A stretch of 64,000 bases of DNA, taken from contig CAZLMZ010000001.1 of assembly GCA_964560475.1 (NCBI GenBank), forward strand, positions 538 to 64,537, read 5' to 3'. The notes beneath the pieces were generated by a model. It worked only from the letters and a program-made list of their open reading frames with translations. It was not told the DNA's origin and did no database searches. The position numbers and the translations under genes were made by a program. Source of the stretch: an uncultured Anaerolineae bacterium. GTDB lineage: Bacteria; Chloroflexota; Anaerolineae; JAFGEY01. Below are positions 27,322 to 36,522 of the stretch, piece after piece (the stretch's first letter is position 1; each line of letters opens with the position of its first letter).

Positions 27322-27570
27322 CTACTGCCAGGCGCGTACGGCCGCCAACAGGGCCTCGAACTCTTCCCGGCAGTGTGCACATCGCTCAAGATGGTCGTGC
27401 AGTCTCGGCATCATCCCGGCAGCGTCGGCACCATTCAGGATCAGATCCGCAAAGCGATCCAGGTACTCGAAGCATTCGGGGCAGTCCATTTCATCGAATT
27501 GTGCGGTCACGACCTCACAGATGAGCGCACGCACTCTTGTTATGCGAGCTGCATTTGGGTGACTGGACAT
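27322..27570 (-). CDS. putative zinc-finger anti-sigma factor (zf-HC2 type)
   Basis: An 82-aa protein with an H-x3-C-x2-C motif (HLERCAHCREEF) plus an upstream CPEC. It sits directly downstream of the ECF sigma gene. Confidence 0.6.
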   Translation of the reverse strand: MSSHPNAARITRVRALICEVVTAQFDEMDCPECFEYLDRFADLILNGADAAGMMPRLHDHLERCAHCREEFEALLAAVRAWQ

Positions 27571-27597
27571 GCCATACCTTTCGCAGGTCGTTGATCA

Positions 27598-28221
27598 TCA
27601 GTCGTCGAATATGGCGAGAATATCCTCTTTAGACAGCCCCCGACTGAGGAGGCGATTCTGCAGACGCTGGCGCGCGTCGAAAAGCAGCTTGTACAGCGCG
27701 TTGCGATTGGTGTCCATGCGGCGCGCCAGTTCAGTCAGCGGAACGCCGGAGATGCGCGCCGCGACGAGCGCTTGCCGCTGCCGATCGGTCAGCTCCTCCT
27801 CGATCACTTCTCGCACGACCTCCAGCAGCTCGTGTTGTAGTGCCTGCTGTTCGGTGCCAGCAGAGGGGTCCACCCATGTTCGTGGGATCAGGTCTCCATC
27901 TGGCATCTCGATCATCTGCTCGAGTGAGACGTCCTTCCAACGACGGCGGCGCAGCTCGGTGAAAGCGACGTGCACGGCGATCTTGTTAGCCCAGGTCGTG
28001 AACCGAGCCTCACCGCGGAACGTGTCGAGTGCGTCGAGGATCTTGAGTATGGCGTCCTGGGCAAAGTCCTCGATGTCCGCTTCTGTGACGCTTCCGTACT
28101 TAGCCAGGGCGTATCCCAGGCCGCGTACGAGCAGCTCCCAAAGATCGTTCACGGCCAGCTCTCGCTGGGGCCCAGGTTCGCTTAGGTCGCTGATCCACTC
28201 CTCATTACTGCGCTCAGACAA
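27598..28221 (-). CDS. RNA polymerase sigma-70 factor, ECF subfamily
   Basis: Region 2 (DAILKILDALDTFRGEARFTTWANKIAVHVAFTELRRRR) and region 4 (LTDRQRQALVAARISGVPLTELARRM). Confidence 0.85.
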   Translation of the reverse strand: MSERSNEEWISDLSEPGPQRELAVNDLWELLVRGLGYALAKYGSVTEADIEDFAQDAILKILDALDTFRGEARFTTWANKIAVHVAFTELRRRRWKDVSLEQMIEMPDGDLIPRTWVDPSAGTEQQALQHELLEVVREVIEEELTDRQRQALVAARISGVPLTELARRMDTNRNALYKLLFDARQRLQNRLLSRGLSKEDILAIFDD

Positions 28222-28347
28222 TGCTATCTCCCACTGTACACCTCTGACTCGAGTCGATCGCTTCGTGGCACCGGGTCGACTCTACAACCCACGTATTGTA
28301 TCACGATATGGACTCGGTGTCCAAGCGCTTTGCCCACGCTCCGCGCA

Positions 28348-28382
28348 ACACATTGGGCTGGCCCATCGCTTCGTGGTATAAT
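28348..28382 (+). promoter_or_regulatory. extended -10 promoter candidate (TGgTATAAT) for the nitroreductase gene
   Basis: TGG-TATAAT at 28374-28382 with a TTGGGC -35-like hexamer, about 50 nt upstream of the ATG at 28435. Confidence 0.35.
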
Positions 28383-28434
28383 CCGCTCGATGGTTGGAGC
28401 CTGGGCGTCCAGGCAGGGAGATGGAGGTGGAGGG

Positions 28435-28947
28435 ATGACAGACGTTCACGAGCTGGTGGCACAGCGGTACAGTGTCCGCGCGTACAAGCCGGATCCGGTT
28501 GCGGAGGAAGACCTAGAGCAGATCCTGCAAGATGCCTGCCTGGCGCCTACCGCGGCGAACCGGCAGCCTTTTCAGTTGATCGTGATCCATACAGGAGGAC
28601 GCACGGAGGAGCTACGACGGATCTATGATCGTGGTTGGTTCGTGCAGGCCCCGATCGTGATCTGCGCCTGCGCAGTGCTCGGCGAGAGCTGGGTCCGCAG
28701 CGACGGCAAGAACTATGCGGACGTCGACGTAGCGATCGTGATGGATCACCTGATCTTGTCCGCTACGAACCGCGGCCTGGGTACGTGCTGGATCGGTGCG
28801 TTCGATCGCGATGTCGCGCGCGAGGTTCTTGGCCTGCCCGAGGGTGTGGAGCCGATCGCGTTCACCCCACTCGGCTATGCGGTCGACGAACCGCGGCCAA
28901 AGCGACGCAAACCGGTCTCCGAGCTCGTTCGCTACGAAAGATGGTAG
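28435..28947 (+). CDS. nitroreductase family protein
   Basis: RYSVRAY...LQDACLAPTAANRQPFQLIVI ... GLGTCWIGAF. Confidence 0.8.
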   Translation: MTDVHELVAQRYSVRAYKPDPVAEEDLEQILQDACLAPTAANRQPFQLIVIHTGGRTEELRRIYDRGWFVQAPIVICACAVLGESWVRSDGKNYADVDVAIVMDHLILSATNRGLGTCWIGAFDRDVAREVLGLPEGVEPIAFTPLGYAVDEPRPKRRKPVSELVRYERW

Positions 28948-28987
28948 CTCGGATTCCCACACCGGGGAGAGAGGAGAAGAAGGATAG

Positions 28988-30802
28988 ATGAGCGACGTGC
29001 CAGGGGCGCTGCCACACTGGGATCTGACCGTCGTGTATCCTGACGTCGATTCGGATGCGTTCCGAGCGGCCTATGCGGATATGGCGGCGCGGATCGACAA
29101 CCTCGAGGCCTTGTTTGACAGACACGACATCGGTCGCCAACCGGCTACTGCCGTGGGCAAGGATCTCGTAGGCAGCTTTGAGACCGTCGTACAGCAACTG
29201 AACGAGCTGCTCGAGCGTTCCCGGACGATGTACGCCTATCTATTCGGACACATCGCTACAGACTCGCGCGACGAGCGGGCACAGGCCAAGTGGAGTGAGT
29301 ACCAGCAGCTTCGAGTCAAGCTCGTACTGATCGAGCGGCGCTTTGTGGCATGGATCGGCGCGCTCGACGTAGACGGGCTGATCGAGCGCTCGTCGCTGGC
29401 GCAGGCGCATGCCTTTGCTTTGCGTGTGGCACAGCAGGCAGCTGCCCATCTCCTCCCTTCCGAGCAGGAAGCCCTGGTCGCCGACCTGGATCTGGTCGCC
29501 GGCAAGGCGTGGGCCAAGCTGCACGGGGCGTTCACCTCGCAGCTCACCGTGCCGGTCGAGATCGAGGGAGAGGTTCGCCAGCTACCGATGAGCGCGGTGC
29601 GCAACCTGGCTTCGAGTCCAGAGAGGGAGGTGCGGCGCCGGGCTTACGAGGCAGAGCTGGCGACGTGGGAGCGGGCAGAGGTCCCTCTCGCGGCAGCGAT
29701 GAACGGGATCAAGGGCCAGGTGGATCTCGTCGCCCGGCGGCGCGGCTGGGCGTCGGTCCTCGATGAGGCGCTGTTTGCGGGCCGCATCGACCGGGCGACA
29801 CTGGACGCGATGATGGAAGCGGCGTGGGATTCGTTTCCTGACTTTCAGCGATATCTTCGGGCAAAGGCGCGGTTGCTGGATCTGCCCGTGCTAGGGTGGT
29901 ATGATCTCTTTGCACCAGTGGGCACGGATCAACGCCAGTGGCGCTTTGTCGAGGCAAGTTCGTTCGTTATCGAGCAGTTTGGAAGCTACTCGGCTCGGCT
30001 GGCCGACCTGGCGGAACGCGCGTTCAGCGAGCGGTGGATCGATGCAGAGCCGCGCGATGGCAAGCGCGACGGGGCATTCTGCATGTGGATCCAGGGCGAC
30101 GCATCGCGCGTCCTGGCGAACTATCGGCCTGTGTACGGTGGCGTCAGTACACTGGCCCACGAACTGGGGCATGCGTACCACAATCTGAACCTGTCCCGGA
30201 GAACGATGCTGCAGCGCGACACGCCGATGACAATGGCAGAGACGGCGAGCATCTTCTGTGAGACGATCGTGCGGCATGCTGCGCTGGCGGAAGCCACGCC
30301 GGAACAGCAGCTCACGATCCTGGAAGCAGCGCTGCAGGGAGCGTGCCAGGTCGTGGTGGACATATCGAGTCGTTTCCTGTTCGAGCAGCGTACTTTTGAG
30401 CAGAGGCGAGCGCGCGAGCTGTCGGCGCGCGAGCTGTGTGCACTGATGGAACAGGCACAGCGCGAGACCTATGGCGATGGCCTCGACCAGGATGTGCTGC
30501 ATCGTTACATGTGGGCGGTAAAGCCGCACTATTACAGTACGAGCCGCTCGTTCTACAACTACCCCTACATGTTCGGGCTGCTCTTTGGCCTCGGCCTGTA
30601 CGCGCGTTACCAGGAGACTCCCGAGGCGTTCAGGGCGGAGTACGACGACCTGCTGGCCTCTACCGGGATGGCTGCGCCGGCCGAACTCGCGGCGCGGTTT
30701 GGGATCGAGCTGTCGACGCCAGACTTTTGGCGATCCAGCCTAGATATCGTGCGCGCCGACATTGACCGGTTCGAGACGCTGGCAAACGAACTGAGTCGAT
30801 AG
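28988..30802 (+). CDS. pepF: oligoendopeptidase, M3 (PepF) family
   Basis: The HExxH zinc motif (AHELGHAYH) in a ~600-aa M3B-type architecture. Confidence 0.85.
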   Translation: MSDVPGALPHWDLTVVYPDVDSDAFRAAYADMAARIDNLEALFDRHDIGRQPATAVGKDLVGSFETVVQQLNELLERSRTMYAYLFGHIATDSRDERAQAKWSEYQQLRVKLVLIERRFVAWIGALDVDGLIERSSLAQAHAFALRVAQQAAAHLLPSEQEALVADLDLVAGKAWAKLHGAFTSQLTVPVEIEGEVRQLPMSAVRNLASSPEREVRRRAYEAELATWERAEVPLAAAMNGIKGQVDLVARRRGWASVLDEALFAGRIDRATLDAMMEAAWDSFPDFQRYLRAKARLLDLPVLGWYDLFAPVGTDQRQWRFVEASSFVIEQFGSYSARLADLAERAFSERWIDAEPRDGKRDGAFCMWIQGDASRVLANYRPVYGGVSTLAHELGHAYHNLNLSRRTMLQRDTPMTMAETASIFCETIVRHAALAEATPEQQLTILEAALQGACQVVVDISSRFLFEQRTFEQRRARELSARELCALMEQAQRETYGDGLDQDVLHRYMWAVKPHYYSTSRSFYNYPYMFGLLFGLGLYARYQETPEAFRAEYDDLLASTGMAAPAELAARFGIELSTPDFWRSSLDIVRADIDRFETLANELSR

Positions 30803-30878
30803 TGCCTTTGTGGCGGTGCCATCGGTACCGGAGGATCGCGGACCAGACAGAGAGACGGCCTACAAGGAGGCGCGTAAG

Positions 30879-32342
30879 GTGAGGATCCTGTACATCGATA
30901 TCGATACGCTGAGAGCAGACCACCTCGGCTGCTATGGTTACCACCGTGATACGAGCCCGAACATTGATGCGCTGGCAAGGGAGGGCGTGCGTTTCGAACA
31001 CTGCTACAATACGGACGCCCCTTGTCTGCCCTCGCGCGCCTCGATGTGGAGCGGGCGTTGTGGCTACCATACCGGCGTCGTGAACCACGGCGGCACCGCC
31101 GCAGATCCGTTCATCGAGGGAACGACGCGCGGGTTCCGAGACATCTATGCAGGGACGAGCTGGATGAGCGCGCTGCGCCAGACAGGCCTGTACACAGCCA
31201 CGGTCAGCCCGTTCGGGGAGCGGCACGGCGCGTGGCACTGGTACGCCGGTTTCAGAGAGGTGCACAACCCGGGTTTCGGCGGGGGAGAGATCGCCGACCA
31301 GGTCACGCCGGACGCGCTCGCGTGGATCGAACGCAACGCGAGTAGGGATAATTGGTTCCTGCATGTCAACTACTGGGACCCACATACGCCGTACCGCACA
31401 CCCGAGTCCTACGGCAATCCATTTGAGGGTGAGCCGTTGCCGGCGTGGCTGACAGAAGAAGTGCGGCAGAGGGCATGGGACGGGTACGGGCCACACAGTG
31501 CCCAGGAGCCACATAGCTGGGGCGGGGAGACCTTCTACGAACGTTTCCCACGGATCCCAGCACAGCTCGACTCGATGGAAGCCGTCCGGCGCTGGATCGA
31601 CGGCTATGACGTGGGGATCCGCTATGCGGACGAGCATGCGGGACGTCTGCTCAATGCGCTCGCGGATGCAGGCGTGCTCGATGAGACAATCGTGATGGTC
31701 AGCTCGGACCACGGAGAGAACCAGGGCGAGCTCAACGTGTGGGGCGATCACCAGACGGCAGACGAGATCACGTGTCGCGTCCCGATGATCGTATGTGCAC
31801 CCGGAATCGTGAGCGAGCCGCGCGTGGACGCTGGAATGCACTACGAGTATGACTGGGCCGCCACGCTGATCGAACTGGCCGGAGGTACTGTCCCGGACAA
31901 CTGGGACGGCGTGCCCTTTACCGAGGCCTTCCGTGCGGGCAGGGCTGAGGGCCGGGAGTACCTGGTCGTGAGCCAGAACGCCTGGTCGTGCATGCGCAGC
32001 GTGCGCTTCGGTGACTATATCTGCCTGCGCACCTACCACGATGGTTACAAGCAGCTCGAACCGGTCATGCTGTTTGACTTGCGCAAGGATCCTCACGAGC
32101 AGCGGGATCTGGCTTCTGAGCGACCAGAACTGGCAAACCAGGCGATGCGCTACCTCGAAGCGTGGCAGCACGACATGATGGTGACCAGCCGGCACGACGT
32201 CGACCCGATGATGACCGTGCTGCGCGAAGGCGGCCCCTTTCACACGCGGGGCCGTTTGCCTGCGTACCTGGCGCGCCTGCGGGCGACGGGACGAGGTCAC
32301 CACGCCGAGCGGCTGGCGGCGCTGCATCCGGACGAGATCTAG
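30879..32342 (+). CDS. sulfatase (Cys-type, CxPxR), alkaline-phosphatase superfamily
   Basis: ILYIDIDTLRADHLGCYG ... DAPCLPSRASMWSG. The start is placed at a GTG preceded by AAGGAGG; the longer ORF from 30810 is also possible. Confidence 0.75.
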   Translation: MRILYIDIDTLRADHLGCYGYHRDTSPNIDALAREGVRFEHCYNTDAPCLPSRASMWSGRCGYHTGVVNHGGTAADPFIEGTTRGFRDIYAGTSWMSALRQTGLYTATVSPFGERHGAWHWYAGFREVHNPGFGGGEIADQVTPDALAWIERNASRDNWFLHVNYWDPHTPYRTPESYGNPFEGEPLPAWLTEEVRQRAWDGYGPHSAQEPHSWGGETFYERFPRIPAQLDSMEAVRRWIDGYDVGIRYADEHAGRLLNALADAGVLDETIVMVSSDHGENQGELNVWGDHQTADEITCRVPMIVCAPGIVSEPRVDAGMHYEYDWAATLIELAGGTVPDNWDGVPFTEAFRAGRAEGREYLVVSQNAWSCMRSVRFGDYICLRTYHDGYKQLEPVMLFDLRKDPHEQRDLASERPELANQAMRYLEAWQHDMMVTSRHDVDPMMTVLREGGPFHTRGRLPAYLARLRATGRGHHAERLAALHPDEI

Positions 32343-32363
32343 GCGCCGGCTGAGCCTCGCGCG

Positions 32364-33128
32364 TCAGGCGTTGCGTTCAGCGATGATGCGCAGACCGTCC
32401 AGCGTCAACCAGGGCTCGATCGCGGCAAACTCGTTGCTGAGGGGAGGGATGACGCTCGCCAAGCCTCCAGTCGCAATGGCAAGCGCCTGGCCTCCCATCT
32501 CGGCGCGCATGCGCCGGATGAGTGCCTCCACCAGGCCAACGTATCCATACACGACGCCCGACTGAATGGAGTGCGTGGTGTTCCGTCCGATGGCGGCTGC
32601 CGGGGGAGTAAGTTGCACGCGCGGCAGTTGGGCGGTCTGGCTGGAAAGCGAGGCTGCGGCTGTATTCAGCCCGGGAGCGATCGCCACACCGAGCAGGTCG
32701 CCCGGCACGGCGACCGCAGTGAAGGTGAGCGCCGTGCCAAAGTCGACGACGATGCAATTCCGCTCGAACCGCGCATAGGCAGCGACCGCGTTGGCGACGA
32801 GATCCGCTCCGACCTCCGAGGGGTTGTCCGTGCGAATCCGGATCCCGGTTCGTACTCCAGGTCCCACGATCAGGGGAGGGCGCGCCATCTCTTCGCCGAG
32901 CATGCGCACAAGGGCGTCGGTGACGGGAGGGACGACGCTGCTCAGCACGGCCCGGTCGATCTCGCCTATGGCAATGCCGCTTTCACGGAATAGACTATGA
33001 AACAACACACTGTACTCGTCGGGCATCTGGTCGGGTACGGTGCGGATGCGCCAGTGGTCGGTCCACTGCCCTCCCCGGTGTATGCCAAAGGCGACGTTGG
33101 TGTTTCCGACGTCGATTGCGAGTAGCAC
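32364..33128 (-). CDS. coaX: type III pantothenate kinase
   Basis: MLLAIDVGNTNVAFG ... the ASKHA fold. It is the last gene of the ECF transporter operon. Confidence 0.85.
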   Translation of the reverse strand: MLLAIDVGNTNVAFGIHRGGQWTDHWRIRTVPDQMPDEYSVLFHSLFRESGIAIGEIDRAVLSSVVPPVTDALVRMLGEEMARPPLIVGPGVRTGIRIRTDNPSEVGADLVANAVAAYARFERNCIVVDFGTALTFTAVAVPGDLLGVAIAPGLNTAAASLSSQTAQLPRVQLTPPAAAIGRNTTHSIQSGVVYGYVGLVEALIRRMRAEMGGQALAIATGGLASVIPPLSNEFAAIEPWLTLDGLRIIAERNA

Positions 33129-33193
33129 AGATCCTCCTATGGGTACACCAAACCTGCCGAGCGAGCTACCTGGTGCATGCGCGACGGCTGCAC

Positions 33194-33973
33194 CTAGAGG
33201 TAGCTCGCGCCTACCACGACCAGGGCCATCCCAGCCGTGACCAAGGCAGCAACTGCATCATGCCAGCTCAGGTGAAGCTGCCGTAGGCTGGTCCGCTGAG
33301 AGCCACCACGATAGCCGCGCGCTTCCATTGCTGTAGCTAGCTGCTCGGCCCTTTGGAAGGCCAGCACAAATATCGGGACGAATACAGGTACCCAGCTCTG
33401 CACGCGTTCCAGGGGGTTCCCTGTCGGGTCTGCTCCTCGTGCGCGCTGTGCTGTCATGATCCTATCGACCTGATCCGAGATCGTGGGCACAAAGCGCAGG
33501 GCAATGGTCATGACCATCGACACCTCCGGGACTGGCAGCCCGATCTGAGTCAACGGGGAGAGGGTCGCCTCCAGTCCGTGCGCCAACTGGCCCGGCGAGG
33601 TGGTGTAGGTGAGCAGTGAGCTAATGACGACGAGCAGGCAGAGCCGGTAGATCAGGACTCCTCCAGCAAGCAACCCGCTCAGCGTGACCGAGATGCTGCC
33701 CACGCTGACAAGCGGCTCGCCTGGGGTCGTGAACGCGTAAAAGAAGAACATCACGAACCCGATCCAGAAGATGGTGTAGATGGTCCGCAGCAGCGACAGG
33801 AGCGGCACCTTGGCGAGCAGCGCAATGCCAATGACGAACGCCGCCAGCAGCAATCCTCCTGCAACGCTAGGTGCGTAGAAGGGCAGCACCATCAGTACGA
33901 GCGCCACGGCGAGCTTGGCTCGCGGATCCAGCCTATGAACGACAGTTTCGTCAGGAACGTACATACCTGGCAT
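33194..33973 (-). CDS. ecfT: energy-coupling factor transporter transmembrane component EcfT (CbiQ family)
   Basis: Polytopic. The start is placed at MPGMYVPDETVVHRLDPRAKL, immediately after the ecfA' stop. The upstream part of the track ORF 33194..34264 overlaps ecfA' and is not coding. Confidence 0.8.
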   Translation of the reverse strand: MPGMYVPDETVVHRLDPRAKLAVALVLMVLPFYAPSVAGGLLLAAFVIGIALLAKVPLLSLLRTIYTIFWIGFVMFFFYAFTTPGEPLVSVGSISVTLSGLLAGGVLIYRLCLLVVISSLLTYTTSPGQLAHGLEATLSPLTQIGLPVPEVSMVMTIALRFVPTISDQVDRIMTAQRARGADPTGNPLERVQSWVPVFVPIFVLAFQRAEQLATAMEARGYRGGSQRTSLRQLHLSWHDAVAALVTAGMALVVVGASYL

Positions 33974-33981
33974 GAGGAGAC

Positions 33982-34848
33982 TCAAGGCCGGCCTCCTCGT
34001 GCCTGCCACGCGCGGTAGATCTCGGCAGCCGCCTCTTCTGGCAGCACGCGGTCGGTCTGCACCGGCCAGCCAGCAGCCTCGAGGCGATGCAGCAGGACGA
34101 CGGGGGCCGGAGCGCTGAGCCCCGCGTTGGCAAGCGTCTGGCGATCGCTCAGTACGGCGCGCACTGGCCCGTCGGCGATGATCTGACCCGCGTTGAGAAT
34201 CGCCGCCCGGTCGACTACCCGTACGATCTGTCCGAGGTCGTGCGAAACAATGACCAGCGTGCACTGGGTCTCGGAGTGCAGCTCATTGACCAGATCGAGA
34301 AGCTCGCGCCGGCCGCTGGGGTCCAGCCCTGCAGTTGGCTCGTCGAGGATGAGCACGTCGGGGCGCAGGCTCAGGATGCTGGCCAGCGCTACACGCCGCA
34401 TCTCCCCGCCGCTGAGCGTAAAGGGGGAACGGTGGGCGAATGTCTCCGGCGGCAGGCCGACGCGGTTTAGCGCCCAGTGCACTCTCTGCTCGACCTCTGC
34501 ACGAGGAAGGCGCAGTCTTTTCGGGCCGAAAGCGACCTCGCGGAAGACGGTTTGCTCAAAGATCTGTTCCTCGGGGTATTGGAGGGCAAGGCCGATACGC
34601 CTGCGTTGGCTGCGCGTCCTGGAGGAGCGTGTCCGCAGAACGACATCGTCCAGGCGAACCTTGCCGGCAGTTGGCACCAAGAGCCCAGCCAGGATCTGGG
34701 CCAGCGTAGACTTGCCTGAACCGGTCGGCCCGAGGATCCCTATGCGTTCGCCCGGCGAGATTGCCAGGTCAATACCGTGCAGCGCCATGTGGCTGAGCGG
34801 CGTACCTGCGTTGTAGGTGTGCGATACGCCTAGGAGCTCAATGTGCAC
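33982..34848 (-). CDS. ecfA2: ECF transporter ATPase EcfA' (second ABC ATPase)
   Basis: Walker A (GPTGSGKST), the signature (LSGGEMRRVALA) and Walker B (ILDEPTAGLD). The start is placed at a GTG (VHIELLGVSH) preceded by GAGGG. The 484-aa track ORF upstream of this is an overlap artefact. Confidence 0.75.
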   Translation of the reverse strand: MHIELLGVSHTYNAGTPLSHMALHGIDLAISPGERIGILGPTGSGKSTLAQILAGLLVPTAGKVRLDDVVLRTRSSRTRSQRRRIGLALQYPEEQIFEQTVFREVAFGPKRLRLPRAEVEQRVHWALNRVGLPPETFAHRSPFTLSGGEMRRVALASILSLRPDVLILDEPTAGLDPSGRRELLDLVNELHSETQCTLVIVSHDLGQIVRVVDRAAILNAGQIIADGPVRAVLSDRQTLANAGLSAPAPVVLLHRLEAAGWPVQTDRVLPEEAAAEIYRAWQARGGRP

Positions 34849-35672
34849 AGCACCCTCGCCATATCGTCCACGGTCTGTAGATCTGGTGGCAGTGGCACGC
34901 CCCACCCAACGAGGCGATGCGCGATCTCGACCACAGGGGGCAAGTCCAGGCCAAGCGATCGCAGCCGGGCGGGCTCGGCAAAGATGCGCGTTGGTGGTCC
35001 ATCCGCCACGATACGCCCGCGGTGCATCACGAGCAAGCGGCCGGCGAGGGCGGCCTCCTCCATCGACTGTGTGATGAGGATAGTTGTCGTCTCGTGCTCC
35101 GTATTGAGCATCTTGATCGTGTCGAGCACGCGCTCGCGACCAGATGGGTCGAGCATCGAGGTTGGTTCGTCGAATACGATGCACGCAGGCTGCATCGCGA
35201 GCACGCCGGCGATGGCCACCAACTGCTTCTGCCCGCCAGAAAGCAGGTAGGGAGGGCGCGTCGCGTAGCCGGCCAGACCCACGGCATCCAGCGCAGCATC
35301 CACGCGTGCGCGGATCTCGGCTGGTGGGACGCCAAGGTTCTCGAGCCCGAAGGCGACGTCTTCCTCCACGGTGCTGGCGACGAGCTGGCTGTCGGGATTC
35401 TGAAATACCATCCCGACCTGCTGGCGGATTCGCCACCTGTCGCGGGGCTCGGCGGTGAGCATGCCAGACACCCAGACCTCACCAGAAGTGGGCATCAGGA
35501 GGCCGTTCAGATGCTGGGCAAGGGTAGACTTGCCCGATCCATTCGGCCCCACGATACCCACGAACTCGCCGTGGTGCAGGTCGAGATCGATCCCATCCAG
35601 GGCAGCGATCGGTACGCCAGCGTCAAACACGTACGTGTGACGCAACGCGCGGATACGGATGAGAGGCTGCAC
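34830..35672 (-). CDS. ecfA1: ECF transporter ATPase EcfA
   Basis: Walker A (GPNGSGKST), the signature (LSGGQKQLVAIA) and Walker B (IVFDEPTSMLD). Confidence 0.85.
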   Translation of the reverse strand: MQPLIRIRALRHTYVFDAGVPIAALDGIDLDLHHGEFVGIVGPNGSGKSTLAQHLNGLLMPTSGEVWVSGMLTAEPRDRWRIRQQVGMVFQNPDSQLVASTVEEDVAFGLENLGVPPAEIRARVDAALDAVGLAGYATRPPYLLSGGQKQLVAIAGVLAMQPACIVFDEPTSMLDPSGRERVLDTIKMLNTEHETTTILITQSMEEAALAGRLLVMHRGRIVADGPPTRIFAEPARLRSLGLDLPPVVEIAHRLVGWGVPLPPDLQTVDDMARVLCTLSS

Positions 35673-35681
35673 CGACCTGGC

Positions 35682-36275
35682 CTAATCCCGTGCTGCAGCG
35701 ATGCGAGCCCGACCCAAGGCCCGAAGCGCGGCGAGCGTGGGAATCGTCACAACTAGGGCCAGGGCAACCTCGATCGGGACGTTCATCGTAAACACGGGCA
35801 CGAGTAGCGAGACCGGAAGTGTGCCGAGCCAGATCAGGATGCCCAGCACGCCAAAGGTGTTGGTCAGCGTACCTACGAGTCCCGCCAGGGCAGCAGCAGC
35901 CGGGGGCCACCGCCGCAAGGGGCGATACGCATAGTAGGCCAGAACACCGATCAGGATCCTGGGCAGAAAGGCCGCGAGCAGCGCTACAAAGAGGTTACCG
36001 TTCGCGAAGGTGAGGTAGGTGGGACTGTAAAGATACCAGGTAGAGACGGCAAGCACCAGCCCGACCAACCCGCCGACGATCGGGCCAGACAGCAACCCGG
36101 CAATGATCGCTGGCAAGTGCAGGCTAGTAGCAGCCTCTGTTGGATTGGGCACGGGGATCAGCCCAAGTGGGGTAAAGGCCAGGACTATGGCTAGTGCGCC
36201 AAAGATGCCGGCGACGGCGATATCCTGTGTACTGATGCGCGGCCGCTTGGGGCCCTGACGCGGTTCGTCTTCCAT
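35682..36275 (-). CDS. ECF transporter substrate-specific S component (substrate unknown; pantothenate suggested by operon context)
   Basis: A 197-aa protein with 5-6 TM segments and a Gly/Ala-rich composition. It is the first gene of an operon S-ecfA-ecfA'-ecfT-coaX. Confidence 0.7.
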   Translation of the reverse strand: MEDEPRQGPKRPRISTQDIAVAGIFGALAIVLAFTPLGLIPVPNPTEAATSLHLPAIIAGLLSGPIVGGLVGLVLAVSTWYLYSPTYLTFANGNLFVALLAAFLPRILIGVLAYYAYRPLRRWPPAAAALAGLVGTLTNTFGVLGILIWLGTLPVSLLVPVFTMNVPIEVALALVVTIPTLAALRALGRARIAAARD

Positions 36276-36474
36276 AGCTACATTCCTCTCGGTCTCGCAT
36301 GGGGTGTCCGGGGATCTGCAGCCAGGAAGAACCGGTCGCCGCGAATCGCGGCTTGACGACGCGGGCCCTGCATTTGACCGTCTCGGTCACGGCTGTGATC
36401 CCAGCGGTACACCAAACGCACTTGACTCGACTAGATGCTGCTCGCAGCCGACTAGGCCAGTCTGCGGCAGACAG

Positions 36475-36503
36475 ATTATAGCACGTCACACTACGGTATG
36501 CAA
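36475..36503 (-). promoter_or_regulatory. sigma70-type promoter candidate (TTGCAT-17-TATAAT) driving the ECF operon; followed by a ~190-nt leader
   Basis: On the minus strand, TATAAT occupies 36480-36475 and TTGCAT occupies 36503-36498, with a 17-nt spacer. Confidence 0.4.
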
Positions 36504-36522
36504 CTCTCGGACCATCGTTGCA

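Noticed and set aside
27569-28381. 270-aa plus-strand Ser-rich ORF overlapping the ECF sigma gene
   Set aside because: It lies antisense to a clear sigma-70 region 2/4 protein. The Ser/Arg-rich low-complexity translation is a GC artefact.
30660-32327. 555-aa minus-strand ORF opposite the second sulfatase
   Set aside because: It lies antisense to a gene with sulfatase motifs. It has no recognisable domains.
33982-35436. 484-aa reading of ecfA' (and the 356-aa reading of ecfT, 33194..34264)
   Set aside because: The N-terminal extensions overlap the upstream genes on the same strand and are Arg/Pro-rich. Internal starts with RBS (GTG at 34848 for ecfA'; ATG at 33973 for ecfT) give canonical-length proteins.
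36276-36466. Assignment of the ECF-operon leader to a known riboswitch class (TPP, FMN, cobalamin, preQ1, THF)
   Set aside because: It has partial word matches (CUGGGAUCA, CCGAGA) but none of the conserved cores, such as the B12 box GCCACTG or the TPP CUGAGA...ACCUGAUCUGGAUAAUGCCAGCG. It is reported only as an unclassified candidate.
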